From IMG/VR virus record IMGVR_UViG_3300047483_000428: a stretch of DNA of 64,000 nucleotides. One strand, 5' to 3'. The notes beneath the pieces were generated by a model. That model was not told the DNA's origin. It did no database searches and worked only from the letters and a program-made list of their open reading frames with translations. The position numbers were made by a program, and so were the translations under genes. Of the stretch, positions 25,693 to 34,667 are shown piece after piece. Numbering within the stretch: position 1 is the first letter of the stretch; every line of letters begins with the position of its first letter. This stretch comes from a virus (taxonomy: Duplodnaviria > Heunggongvirae > Uroviricota > Caudoviricetes).

Positions 25693-25937
25693 TTTACTTC
25701 CACTTCTCGATATTGAACTTCAAGCCATCCGTTGGATGGTCCTGCATTTGGGAGCCAACGACCTTTCACATACTCATGTTCGAACCCATGGTTTGGTAAG
25801 TCAGCGTAAGCCTCTTCGGCTGTTGGCCAACGATCAAGAACTACCGCGCTGGTGGGATAGTTACAACCATATTGGTCAACTTGTTGAATGACGACTTGCC
25901 ATTCACACCGAATTGTTTTTGTTCTGAAGTTTTTCAT
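25689..25937 (-). CDS. hypothetical protein
   Basis: 82 aa. Confidence 0.4.
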   Translation of the reverse strand: MKNFRTKTIRCEWQVVIQQVDQYGCNYPTSAVVLDRWPTAEEAYADLPNHGFEHEYVKGRWLPNAGPSNGWLEVQYREVEVK

Positions 25938-26107
25938 CAGTAATCCCGCTCAGTTTCAAACATCACGCCAAAGACAAACATCAAGGCAAGCCCTGGAATA
26001 GCAAGAGCAGCAGCAATCCAAAGAGAAACCCCTTCATCGATGCAACCAGCGGCAATCACCATAAGAAGGCCAATCATTACCATCACAGTGCGAAACCAAG
26101 CCATCAT
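25937..26107 (-). CDS. hypothetical small membrane protein (56 aa)
   Basis: Hand translation gives MMAWFRTVMVMIGLLMVIAAGCIDEGVSLWIAAALAIPGLALMFVFGVMFETERDY; two TMs. Confidence 0.3.
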   Translation of the reverse strand: MMAWFRTVMVMIGLLMVIAAGCIDEGVSLWIAAALAIPGLALMFVFGVMFETERDY

Positions 26108-26122
26108 ATTTTCCTTTTCTGA

Positions 26123-26386
26123 TTAGGTGCGAACCGAAATGGTAGAACCGTCTTTGAACTTCATATAGAAGCCATCATAGTAGTCGGCATCACCATGGTC
26201 TTTTTCAAACTTACCATATTCTTCTTCAAGGGCATCGTAGGCAATCACGGGAACAGACGTATGAAACAGTTTGGCATCACGAGGATCAAACTTGACAAAC
26301 TGTGCAAGATGAGCGATGGTAGTTGACGTGTCACCTTCTGCGGGTTTAATCAGAAGTTTGGAACCAAAGTGCGAAGCGAGAGTTTT
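26123..26386 (-). CDS. hypothetical protein
   Basis: Start moved to MKTLASHF, which has an AAGGAGA RBS, downstream of promoter motif 26417..26445. Confidence 0.4.
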   Translation of the reverse strand, partial: KTLASHFGSKLLIKPAEGDTSTTIAHLAQFVKFDPRDAKLFHTSVPVIAYDALEEEYGKFEKDHGDADYYDGFYMKFKDGSTISVRT

Positions 26387-26416
26387 CATGATTGTCTCCT
26401 TGTTTGCTACAAGATA

Positions 26417-26445
26417 TGTATATAGTGATTCGTTGTTCTTGTCAA
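26417..26445 (-). promoter_or_regulatory. promoter-like motif copy
   Basis: Plus strand reads atgtatatagtgattcgttgttcttgtcaa. Confidence 0.5.
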
Positions 26446-26654
26446 TCCACATTCGGCTCAAGACGGAAGAACCACGACTTTTTGTTTTCGGAAAACTTCG
26501 CAAGAACACGGTCACCGCAATGACGGTAGGTGTTCATCAAACGAAGGCAAGCGAGTTCGGAACCAAATACATACATCGTTCCGCCAATTTCCTCAACCTC
26601 AAGATTTTCTTTGGCATGGATTTCAAACTCACGCTTGGCACGGAAAAGGTTCAT
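26442..26654 (-). CDS. hypothetical protein
   Basis: 70 aa; promoter motif at 26684..26712. Confidence 0.4.
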   Translation of the reverse strand: MNLFRAKREFEIHAKENLEVEEIGGTMYVFGSELACLRLMNTYRHCGDRVLAKFSENKKSWFFRLEPNVD

Positions 26655-26683
26655 CTGGTTTCCTCTCTCTTGGTTACAGATTA

Positions 26684-26712
26684 CTTATATAGTGATTCGT
26701 ATGGATTGTCAA
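26684..26712 (-). promoter_or_regulatory. promoter-like motif copy
   Basis: Plus strand reads acttatatagtgattcgtatggattgtcaa. Confidence 0.5.
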
Positions 26713-26722
26713 TAGAAAAAAC

Positions 26723-27973
26723 TCAAGCGGCGGCAACCGCTTGAGTCCGAGCACGTTTCATGCCTTCTTTGATTTTTTCAACTTTCTTTTCACCATTCGG
26801 GAAAACATCGTTGAACTTCACACTCTTGAACGCTTCCCACTTGGTCAGCAGAACGTCCAGTTGGTCAACAGAGTTGTTTTCACTACCCAGACGACCACGC
26901 TCATCGCACATACCAACCCGATGCAGAACATTCACAGTTTCAGGATCATTCAGCGAACCCATTTCATCAAACATCTTGACAAAAGTTTTCGGGTTCAGAT
27001 CATCCAGTTTGTGCATATTCATGTGAAACCGAGTAGCTTTCATCGCACGGTCACGCATCTTAGCAGGAACAGTCAGACGGTCAGCAAAGGCTTCCACAAC
27101 GGGAACACCCTTCACATCATGCCCGAAGTGCTTAGGAAAGTCTTCTTTCCGAGTCAGACCTTTACCAAAGTCATGAACCAGTGCAGCAAACCGAGTTTCC
27201 AGATCAAACCCAAACTTGGCAGCTTGAGTCAGAACCAGCATGGTATGCTCAAAGGCATTACCTTCGGGGTGCCAACGGCGACTTTCCATCGCAGAACACA
27301 GTGCATACACTTCGGGAAACAGAACATGCAGAGCATCACATTCCAGCAGCGTATCAAAGAACAGGCGAGGATGGGGTTCCATCAGAGCACGGCTCAGTTC
27401 TTTCCACACCCGTTCAGCAGTCAGTTCGTTCAGAACGCCCTTCTTGGCCATCGTATGAACCAGTTCACGAGTTTCCTTGGCAACAGTCCATTCCGCACCA
27501 AAACGAGCACGGAACCGAGCCAGACGCAGAACCCGAACAGGGTCTTCAACGAAAGCATTAGAAGTATGACGCAGAACTTTGGCATTCAGATCATCTTGAC
27601 CACCAAAGGGGTCAAACAGAGCAAAACTACCTTCATCGCCTTCAACAAAGAACTCAGTGTCTTCCATGCGTTGCAGAGACATGCTGTTGATGGTCAGGTC
27701 ACGTCGACCCAGGTCTTCTTCCAGCGTCACATCAGTGCCGAACTCAGAAGTGAAACCCAGATACCCAGTGCCAGTCTTTTTTTCACGACGAGCCAGAGCA
27801 AATTCTTCACCAGTTTCGGGGTGCAGAAACACAGGAAAATCAGCGCCAACTTTTTCAAAGCCAGCAGCCAGCATTTCTTCGACCGTGGAACCGACCACGA
27901 CAAAATCTTTATCTTTCGGCTCCATGCCCATCAGCATATCGCGAACAGCACCGCCGACCAGAAATGTTTGCAT
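26723..27973 (-). CDS. cca: CCA-adding tRNA nucleotidyltransferase (class II polymerase-beta head plus HD domain)
   Basis: N-terminal GGAVRD...DxD head motif (LVGGAVRDMLMG..KDKDFVV) and HD-domain signature ALVHDFGKG. Start placed at the internal MQTFLV (GAAAGGAA RBS), because a promoter motif and terminator lie inside the longer ORF-track frame. Confidence 0.8.
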   Translation of the reverse strand: MQTFLVGGAVRDMLMGMEPKDKDFVVVGSTVEEMLAAGFEKVGADFPVFLHPETGEEFALARREKKTGTGYLGFTSEFGTDVTLEEDLGRRDLTINSMSLQRMEDTEFFVEGDEGSFALFDPFGGQDDLNAKVLRHTSNAFVEDPVRVLRLARFRARFGAEWTVAKETRELVHTMAKKGVLNELTAERVWKELSRALMEPHPRLFFDTLLECDALHVLFPEVYALCSAMESRRWHPEGNAFEHTMLVLTQAAKFGFDLETRFAALVHDFGKGLTRKEDFPKHFGHDVKGVPVVEAFADRLTVPAKMRDRAMKATRFHMNMHKLDDLNPKTFVKMFDEMGSLNDPETVNVLHRVGMCDERGRLGSENNSVDQLDVLLTKWEAFKSVKFNDVFPNGEKKVEKIKEGMKRARTQAVAAA

Positions 27974-28002
27974 TGGTGATTCCTTTCTCATTACTGTTAC
28001 AC

Positions 28003-28029
28003 CATACAGTATGATTCTTACCTTGTCAA
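28003..28029 (-). promoter_or_regulatory. promoter-like motif copy upstream of the CCA-adding enzyme gene
   Basis: Plus strand reads catacagtatgattcttaccttgtcaa. Confidence 0.45.
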
Positions 28030-28060
28030 ATAAAAAAGAGGGTTTCCCCTCTTTATTTTT
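28030..28060. terminator. bidirectional rho-independent terminator
   Basis: Hairpin AAGAGGGTTTCCCCTCTT flanked by an A-run and a T-run. Confidence 0.6.
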
Positions 28061-28253
28061 GTTCCACAACTCGTATTTCTTGTTCGGCAATCATATACCA
28101 ATCAGGTGCGATTGCTTCTGGTGGCTCATTGAATGAGTTGATATGGTCACGATACTTGATGGCTTCTTCTATCGTATCAAACAAAGCATATTCTCGTTTT
28201 TGTCCCCAACCACGTTCTGATTCAATAGTGCAGACTTCGTATTTTACTTTCAT
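28053..28253 (-). CDS. hypothetical protein
   Basis: 66 aa; variant promoter motif at 28278..28310. Confidence 0.4.
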   Translation of the reverse strand: MKVKYEVCTIESERGWGQKREYALFDTIEEAIKYRDHINSFNEPPEAIAPDWYMIAEQEIRVVEQK

Positions 28254-28311
28254 CTTCGGTTCCTTTCTGTTTCTATACTTCTATGATAAGTTGATAACCC
28301 AAGATTGTCAA

Positions 28312-28340
28312 ATAAAAAAGGCGACCGAAGCCGCCTTTTG
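28312..28340. terminator. rho-independent terminator
   Basis: Hairpin GGCGACCGAAGCCGCC with an A-run and a T-run. Confidence 0.55.
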
Positions 28341-28346
28341 TTGAGA

Positions 28347-28892
28347 TTATCGTAGTTTGAGTGGTTCTTCGACACCAGTCTTGAACGCTTCTTCAGTTCG
28401 GGCATTGGTCACAATCTTGTAGTCGTCAAGATTAATTTTTGGATATCCAGCGACTCGCATCCAAGTGCCTTGCCAGAATGAACCAAGGGCAGTTTCATAT
28501 ACACGTTTCTGATCAATCAACCGAGTTTGGGCAGTTGCAAAGTCAATACGACCCGCTTCAATCATGCGTTGTAGTTGAGTGTATACAGTGCTGTCAATGG
28601 TTGGGTTTTGTTCCTGAATGAACTGGAACATAGCTTTTGAACCTTCTTCTCCATAACGAGCATCAAGGGCAGCGGTTACAACCGCAGTCAAATCGTCTCG
28701 TTGCATTGCGGGGATTTGAGCGGCTTCCGCAATACGATTACTGTATTGAGCAAGAATGTTTTTGTTGTCTTCAAATGTTGCGACAATCTGATTTTCAAGT
28801 CGGTTACCAGTGTTATACGCGGACACATAACTCATGAACACAAGGCCAACCAGACCGACAACAAAGACAAGGGCAGCGATTAGGTATTTCAT
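28347..28892 (-). CDS. LemA family membrane protein
   Basis: N-terminal TM followed by YNTGNRLENQIVATFEDNKNILAQYSNR...AQIPAMQRDDL, matching the LemA architecture. Confidence 0.6.
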   Translation of the reverse strand: MKYLIAALVFVVGLVGLVFMSYVSAYNTGNRLENQIVATFEDNKNILAQYSNRIAEAAQIPAMQRDDLTAVVTAALDARYGEEGSKAMFQFIQEQNPTIDSTVYTQLQRMIEAGRIDFATAQTRLIDQKRVYETALGSFWQGTWMRVAGYPKINLDDYKIVTNARTEEAFKTGVEEPLKLR

Positions 28893-28902
28893 CTTTTTCT
28901 CC

Positions 28903-30012
28903 TTAGACGATTTTATATTTGTTCATCACATAGGTGATTGCAGGGGTTACAATTAGAAGCACGATGAGTGCCAAGACAAATGCCCAAGTAGGCGGAACAA
29001 TGTCGTTGGACAGGTATTCAAAGTCGTCCATTGATTGAAGTTTGTAGTCGCTTCGAATCACATTCCCAATATAGGTATTGATCGTATCAATGTCAAGAAC
29101 TTTCGCATCATAAATTGCATCACGGATTTTCACGTTTACAATGCTATCTTCACTCCAACTACGCACATCCACCCAAGAAATATTGTTGTCTGCCATACCA
29201 ATCACAACGATTACGTCATTGATATTATGGGCATCCCAAGATTGTGCCAGTTGTTCAGCAAAGTCTTGATTCTTACTGGTTACTACAATGATTACGTTTG
29301 CGCCAGTTTTCACAATATCAGAGTTTAGAATAGAAAGTTTCTTGTTCCATTCTGCTTTCATTGTTTCTGGCATAGAATAATCAACAGTAATCACACGGTC
29401 AGAACGATAGAAGTCATAGATGGCAGGATAGGAGATAGAAGGCAGTTCTTCTGGTTTCAGATGTTTGTTGAAGAGACTTGTAGACGCACCACGAATATAG
29501 TTTGTATACGATACTTGACCAGATACAGGGTCACCAACATTCGCTTCTGCAACGCGAGGCGGAATGTTTACGCCTTGGGCATCAACACGAGAAATTTGAT
29601 ACGTGTCAATCGTTGTTTCAATAAAATACTTTTGTTCCCAAGAATATTTTGAACGATATTGAGTTTTGTATTTTGGAGTGCAAGTGCGTTTATTATTGAC
29701 GGTTGTGCAAGTTTGCCCATTCCTTACCGTTCTTGTTTGTTGATTGGTGCAGAAGCTATCTGGCCAATCGCTCCAATATTGATTGCAAGACTTTCTTTCT
29801 TTGACGAGTTCAGTTACTACGCCATTTACGAATTTTACATCACTTGTCTGTGACCCAATGCCAGCAAGAAATACCAGAAAAATGATAAGACTTGTTGCTA
29901 CAAATTGAATAGCAACTTCACCCCAAGTGATGTTCATGTGTAGGAAGGTCTTTGTGATTCCAATCCATATCACAACAGGGATAAGGAATAGAAAGGCATA
30001 GTATGCGGTCAT
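28903..30012 (-). CDS. membrane protein (N-terminal 2 TM, large extracytoplasmic domain, C-terminal TM); likely LemA partner
   Basis: TM segments at 1-50 and a C-terminal FVLALIVLLIVTPAITYV; co-operonic with LemA (11 nt gap). Confidence 0.5.
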   Translation of the reverse strand: MTAYYAFLFLIPVVIWIGITKTFLHMNITWGEVAIQFVATSLIIFLVFLAGIGSQTSDVKFVNGVVTELVKERKSCNQYWSDWPDSFCTNQQTRTVRNGQTCTTVNNKRTCTPKYKTQYRSKYSWEQKYFIETTIDTYQISRVDAQGVNIPPRVAEANVGDPVSGQVSYTNYIRGASTSLFNKHLKPEELPSISYPAIYDFYRSDRVITVDYSMPETMKAEWNKKLSILNSDIVKTGANVIIVVTSKNQDFAEQLAQSWDAHNINDVIVVIGMADNNISWVDVRSWSEDSIVNVKIRDAIYDAKVLDIDTINTYIGNVIRSDYKLQSMDDFEYLSNDIVPPTWAFVLALIVLLIVTPAITYVMNKYKIV

Positions 30013-30043
30013 GTGATTTCCTATCGGTTATTTCGAATCCATA

Positions 30044-30070
30044 CATATACTATGCAGATTCATTTGTCAA
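30044..30070 (-). promoter_or_regulatory. promoter-like motif copy
   Basis: Plus strand reads acatatactatgcagattcatttgtcaa, upstream of the 28903..30012 operon. Confidence 0.5.
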
Positions 30071-30619
30071 GTGGATTCATACAGATACTTACTCTGTAAG
30101 TATCAAATTATGATGGACACTCATTCCTTGCTATCGCTTCGTCATTCATATCCATCATAATTTTTTAGTTATGATATTATTTTCTTATATCATTTCCAGA
30201 GCCAAGATACACTTTGCCTTCAGGCTGGCAAGCGTGTATCTATGGGGAAATCTTTTCCGTCACACTGATACTTCATACAGAACAACCTTGTTACGTCAGG
30301 TTATGGTGGTCACGCGGTGCCATTTTACGTTCTAACTTATTATGACGCAGACTTGCTATAGCTGTATGAATAACATTAGCAGTCTTGCGGGTTCCCTAAG
30401 TGTCATGGATTGCCCGCTCATTTTTCAAGTGGTCATCTTGATTACATAAACGAACTCTGGCATCGGTAAAATGCCAGAGCACACATTGTCACTATATCTA
30501 TTCGCATAGTGGTTTATTACTACCGAAAACGTAACAGAGGATACATCCTCATTGTCTGTGTTATAAGTTTTACTACCTTTATATGACAGGTATACACCTG
30601 ACTTTATAAGAGTATCATA

Positions 30620-30656
30620 GACTCTATGATTCGGTCAACATACTACTTTGTCAAAG
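30620..30656 (-). promoter_or_regulatory. promoter-like motif, variant, at the far end of the 620 bp gap
   Basis: Plus strand reads ctctatgattcggtcaacatactactttgtcaaag. Confidence 0.35.
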
Positions 30657-30895
30657 TATGCTTTTAGTTCAGTGAATCCACCAATGTGATTTCCATCTAC
30701 CCATATTTGAGGATATGTTCTTGGAGTGTAATTTACTGCCGCACATTCTGCAAGCATGTTTTCTTTCGCTCCATCCACAAACTCAACATTCAGTTCTTCA
30801 TACTGAACACCACGAATTTGCAATAGAGTTTTTGCCTGAATGCAATAACTGCATCCATTCTTGGTATATATTTTTGCTTTCATTTTTTCATCCAT
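30635..30895 (-). CDS. glutaredoxin (NrdH/GrxA-like)
   Basis: CxxC active site KNGCSYCIQAK in a thioredoxin-fold-sized (86 aa) protein, with a conserved TYPQIWVDGNHIGGF. Confidence 0.75.
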   Translation of the reverse strand: MDEKMKAKIYTKNGCSYCIQAKTLLQIRGVQYEELNVEFVDGAKENMLAECAAVNYTPRTYPQIWVDGNHIGGFTELKAYFDKVVC

Positions 30896-31202
30896 ATAAT
30901 AAAATAAGATGCGCCTTTACTTCATCAGACGCATTCGTTTTGTTGACCCATTCGTCAAAATTATATCGTTCACCATTCAAATAGAAGTCTGAAAACTCAT
31001 TTTCAATAATATCGGCTGGACCATCATTGCGATGTATCTTGCCATAACGATAATATATCTTTCTATTTACAGTGTGGTCAATATATGCAGCACCTTTCTC
31101 TCTATGAAGACACCCGTATCTATAATACATTGTAATGTTTCCATCTTGATATATGGTATATTTATGGTCGCCTTTACTTTTGGGTCTTTTGTAGTTCTTC
31201 AT
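30888..31202 (-). CDS. hypothetical protein
   Basis: 104 aa, Tyr-rich. Confidence 0.4.
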   Translation of the reverse strand: MKNYKRPKSKGDHKYTIYQDGNITMYYRYGCLHREKGAAYIDHTVNRKIYYRYGKIHRNDGPADIIENEFSDFYLNGERYNFDEWVNKTNASDEVKAHLILLYG

Positions 31203-31602
31203 TCGTTACTCTTTTTCTTAGGTCACTTGAACTAAATCTGTGATCTCTTTGGTTGAAGTAAATTTCAATTCCACGTTTTTTGCAGATGTCTCTGCCTGTG
31301 AAATCCATGTCTCTGTATTCAACACCAAGAATACGAATATCAATATGCATACCAGAAAGAATATCTTCCAAGTCTTGTTCGGTAGCGTATGGGATAATTT
31401 CATCAACATACTTACATGCTCTTAGTTGCAAGTATCTCTCAACCACAGTTTGAACTGGTTTGTTCTTCTGTGGGCGGTCTATTGTCGGGTCAGTTTGAAG
31501 TCCTACAATAAGATAGTCACACACTGTTTTAGCTTCTTCAAGCATCAGTGTGTGACCTGAGTGTAGTAAATCAAATGACGAAGCTGTAAATCCTACTTTC
31601 AT
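31174..31602 (-). CDS. cytidylyltransferase-family nucleotidyltransferase (TagD/RfaE-domain-II-like)
   Basis: HxGH motif SFDLLHSGH. The run YLIVGLQTD...ERYLQLRACKYVDEIIP parallels TagD (GTFDLLHWGH...YLVVAISTD...YVDEVIP). Confidence 0.65.
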   Translation of the reverse strand: MKVGFTASSFDLLHSGHTLMLEEAKTVCDYLIVGLQTDPTIDRPQKNKPVQTVVERYLQLRACKYVDEIIPYATEQDLEDILSGMHIDIRILGVEYRDMDFTGRDICKKRGIEIYFNQRDHRFSSSDLRKRVTNEELQKTQK

Positions 31603-31603
31603 T

Positions 31604-31876
31604 CTATATCAACATTGTAAATATTGCTGCATCATCTTCGTTGCGAAAACTGAGAGTTGCCATCATACTATATTTGTCAAAATATATTCCTATGTCTTTT
31701 CCACAGTTTTCAGAAAGAAGGTTACGAAAATCTTTGATGCATTTTTTTATATGATGGTTGTCGTAATTTCCTAAATCGAAACTAACAACAACAGTGTATG
31801 GAAGTCCAGCCCCGTGTATGTATCGCGAGTTAACGATGTTTACTTTATAATCGAGGTTGGAGTTCTTATCATACAT
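31604..31876 (-). CDS. hypothetical protein
   Basis: 90 aa. Confidence 0.4.
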   Translation of the reverse strand: MYDKNSNLDYKVNIVNSRYIHGAGLPYTVVVSFDLGNYDNHHIKKCIKDFRNLLSENCGKDIGIYFDKYSMMATLSFRNEDDAAIFTMLI

Positions 31877-31882
31877 TCATTA

Positions 31883-32083
31883 TCAGCCAACAATATCCTT
31901 GATACGTTTTGCTTCCTCTGCTTTCTTTTCTACAGTTTTACCAGCAATAAGCAGTGCTATACCTACAAGCAGGGGAGAAAGAATGAAGGCTACTATGCCC
32001 CAACCCCAACCATTTCGACCCCAAGAGTTTGCCCAATATCCTACGCCAAACGAGAATATTAGTAGAAAGAATAGAATTTCCAT
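31883..32083 (-). CDS. hypothetical small membrane protein
   Basis: 66 aa with two TMs. Confidence 0.35.
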   Translation of the reverse strand: MEILFFLLIFSFGVGYWANSWGRNGWGWGIVAFILSPLLVGIALLIAGKTVEKKAEEAKRIKDIVG

Positions 32084-32092
32084 TTTGTTTCC

Positions 32093-33265
32093 TTACATTT
32101 TTGTTGTTGTGGACTCATATGTCCGATTATACTGATTATTTACCCTAATAAATGTGGTGCATTTACTGAGTTGTTTCAAGGTAGGTGCGCCAACATAAGT
32201 GCAAGTTGAACGTATTCCGCCAAGAATAGTTTGAATGGTATTGGATACATTTCCACGATACGGAACCAATACTTCTCTGCCTTCACTTGCCCGATAATCT
32301 TTGAGGCCACCAAAGTGTTTAGTGTTAGCAGCATCGCTACTCATACCATAGAACTGAACAAATTTCTTTTCTGCGATGATGGGTTGAAAACTTTCAAAAG
32401 TTTCTGGTGTGCCAGTGTGTTTGTATTCACCTGTGTTATACCATTTACTTATCACCTCGCCACCACCTTCGTCATGGCCAGCCAACATGCCACCTAGCAT
32501 TACAAAGTCAGCACCCCCTGCAAAAGCCTTGGCAACGTCCCCAGAACAAGAACAGCCCCCGTCAGCAATAATATGTCCACCAAGACCATGAGCCGCATCC
32601 GCGCACTCAATGATAGCCGAGAGTTGGGGATAACCGACACCAGTTTGTATCCGAGTGGTGCAGACGCTACCAGGACCAATCCCAACTTTAACAATGTCTG
32701 CTCCATTTAGAATCAATTCCTGTGTTTGGTCTGCGGTAACAACGTTTCCTGCGATGATAACGATGTTTGGATATATTTTGCGAATGTTTTTTACATGTTC
32801 AACAAAATGCTGACTGTATCCATTTGCAACATCAATACAAAGATATTTTAGATTATCACCAACTCTGGCATAAACCTGAACAAACTTGTCATAGTCTGCA
32901 TTACTGGTGCCAATACTCATAGCTACATGTTGAGTTCTACGTTCAACGTTTTGTGAAAAGAACTCAACGAGTTCATCCATCGAATATGTTTTTACCAAGC
33001 AAGTAAAAATGCTTTGGCTGGATAGAACGTCTGCCATTTCAAATGTTCCAACACCATCCATGTTTGCAGCCATGATGGGAACCCCCTTGTATTGAGAGTA
33101 GTTACGATCAAACACTTCATTCATGGTTTCGTTTGGACCAGAAACATAGTTTCTAAATGTATATGACCGTTCCAGACTTACATCTGAACGGCTTTTGAGT
33201 GTGCTTCGTTTTGGGCGAATTAGAACATCGCTGTAATCCAGCAATACTTCATTTTCTATGCGCAT
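32093..33265 (-). CDS. guaC: GMP reductase
   Basis: Near-colinear with bacterial GuaC: [105 protein letters not shown]. Confidence 0.85.
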   Translation of the reverse strand: MRIENEVLLDYSDVLIRPKRSTLKSRSDVSLERSYTFRNYVSGPNETMNEVFDRNYSQYKGVPIMAANMDGVGTFEMADVLSSQSIFTCLVKTYSMDELVEFFSQNVERRTQHVAMSIGTSNADYDKFVQVYARVGDNLKYLCIDVANGYSQHFVEHVKNIRKIYPNIVIIAGNVVTADQTQELILNGADIVKVGIGPGSVCTTRIQTGVGYPQLSAIIECADAAHGLGGHIIADGGCSCSGDVAKAFAGGADFVMLGGMLAGHDEGGGEVISKWYNTGEYKHTGTPETFESFQPIIAEKKFVQFYGMSSDAANTKHFGGLKDYRASEGREVLVPYRGNVSNTIQTILGGIRSTCTYVGAPTLKQLSKCTTFIRVNNQYNRTYESTTTKM

Positions 33266-33467
33266 TCTTATTCCTATTTTTTACATGTTGTTTTATGAAA
33301 TCAACAGGAACACTTGGATTTAAATTAATCAATTCCTGTTCAGTATACGATTCTGGTTTACGAACCCCAAACTTGTCAAATTGTTCGTAAGCCCAATCGG
33401 TCATTTCTTTTTTGTTTTTAAAACGCATCTGCATTTTCCATATGATAAAGGGTGGGACGTTGCCCAC
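33249..33467 (-). CDS. hypothetical protein
   Basis: 72 aa. Confidence 0.35.
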   Translation of the reverse strand: MGNVPPFIIWKMQMRFKNKKEMTDWAYEQFDKFGVRKPESYTEQELINLNPSVPVDFIKQHVKNRNKNAHRK

Positions 33468-33478
33468 CCTTTTTTTTA
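33449..33478 (+). terminator. terminator-like hairpin with T-run on plus strand
   Basis: AGGGTGGGACGTTGCCCACCCT followed by TTTTTTTT. Confidence 0.4.
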
Positions 33479-33748
33479 CTTACCGAGAATTGTTTTGAAC
33501 TCTGTCAGGGTGTCGGCATCAACAAGGTCGCTTCGGTATAGCGCGTATCGTTTTGTGTTTCCGTTATAAACACCGACTTCGGTGACATCACCACGGTCAT
33601 TCGTGGATAGCATACCGTAAAGATTTTCCTTGCCACGATGTTGTTTCACAAGTTTGATTGCTTCATCTAGCGAAGGTGTCCGAGAACGCCGCTGGTTTGA
33701 TTGATTTGATTGTGGGCGACGATTCTTCTGGGTATTTGGGTTTGCCAT
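33476..33748 (-). CDS. hypothetical basic protein
   Basis: 90 aa with a basic N-terminus (QKNRRPQSNQSNQRRSR). Confidence 0.45.
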   Translation of the reverse strand: MANPNTQKNRRPQSNQSNQRRSRTPSLDEAIKLVKQHRGKENLYGMLSTNDRGDVTEVGVYNGNTKRYALYRSDLVDADTLTEFKTILGK

Positions 33749-34037
33749 ATTTTCCTCATATTGACAAATTTAAGAAGAGAAAGTTTTTGATTTGGGTGAG
33801 CATTTCTCGTTGCGGCTTCACCGATTAATAATATTAAAATAACGATGACGGTTACATGACACTTACTCCAAGTGGAGGTTGAAGGTTAGTTTTTTGTTTT
33901 ACGAGCAGCATTCCCATTATTCGGCGCTCATCATACTAAATTAGTCTCATATATCTATAAGTCAGTCATAACATTAAGATGTAACCGTCATCGTCGCATT
34001 TTATTCTCCACGGTTAAGTTCTTGTTTCTGATACATT

Positions 34038-34067
34038 ATTTATAGCAGATTCGTATATCGTTGTCAA
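34038..34067 (-). promoter_or_regulatory. promoter-like motif copy
   Basis: Plus strand reads ttatttatagcagattcgtatatcgttgtcaa. Confidence 0.45.
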
Positions 34068-34603
34068 GAACCTTTTTTCTCGTCTTTGTAGAAAATGTGA
34101 TCCTCAATCTCAACGGTTTCTACAAATTTTGAACTCCAGTAAGGGTCAACGTAGTCGGCATGATACATAGTCGCGCCATTCGTTGGGTCTGGAATTTGGC
34201 CGTATGAATACATTGCAATTTCGGCAACGAATTGTGCAAGCATCCAAGATGTTTCGTCGTTTGGTTTATCCGATTTGCCATCCTCTGTCCAAGAGAATTG
34301 GCCATCTTGCCATACAACTTCACATACGCTTTTCGGATATTGTTCGTCTTTTACCCGATTGAGTGTAACCCAAGCAACTGCCCGTTGCCCAAGAAACGAT
34401 TGGTTTCGTGCCTCAAAATAGATATTTTTTGCAAGGCAATCTGTTTGTTTTTCAATGTTCACTTTTTGAACTTGATTGTCAATAGACGTAGCCATCGCTA
34501 TACGTCTTTCTGACTCTGCTTTAACCTCATGAACTCCGAGACCCGCAAGTCCTATTGCTACAGTAGCATTCATGAGAAACGCTGCAAGGTGTAACCTTTT
34601 CAT
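34064..34603 (-). CDS. SleB/CwlJ-family cell-wall hydrolase with signal peptide
   Basis: Signal peptide MKRLHLAAFLMNATVAIGLAGLGVHEVKA, then Hydrolase_2 signatures CLAKNIYFEAR, AVAWVTLNRV and CEVVWQDGQFSW. Confidence 0.7.
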   Translation of the reverse strand: MKRLHLAAFLMNATVAIGLAGLGVHEVKAESERRIAMATSIDNQVQKVNIEKQTDCLAKNIYFEARNQSFLGQRAVAWVTLNRVKDEQYPKSVCEVVWQDGQFSWTEDGKSDKPNDETSWMLAQFVAEIAMYSYGQIPDPTNGATMYHADYVDPYWSSKFVETVEIEDHIFYKDEKKGS

Positions 34604-34635
34604 TGTCGCTCCATGTTTGTTTCTTTTGCATCTTA

Positions 34636-34664
34636 CTTATATTCTGATTCGTCGGTCGTGTCAA
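34636..34664 (-). promoter_or_regulatory. promoter-like motif copy upstream of the SleB-like gene
   Basis: Plus strand reads cttatattctgattcgtcggtcgtgtcaa. Confidence 0.5.
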
Positions 34665-34667
34665 TGA

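Noticed and set aside
26741-27979. 412-aa plus-strand ORF
   Set aside because: It lies antisense to the CCA-adding enzyme gene, which has clear family motifs. The translation is low-complexity (F/S/H/Q-rich) with no RBS, a typical shadow ORF of a long gene.
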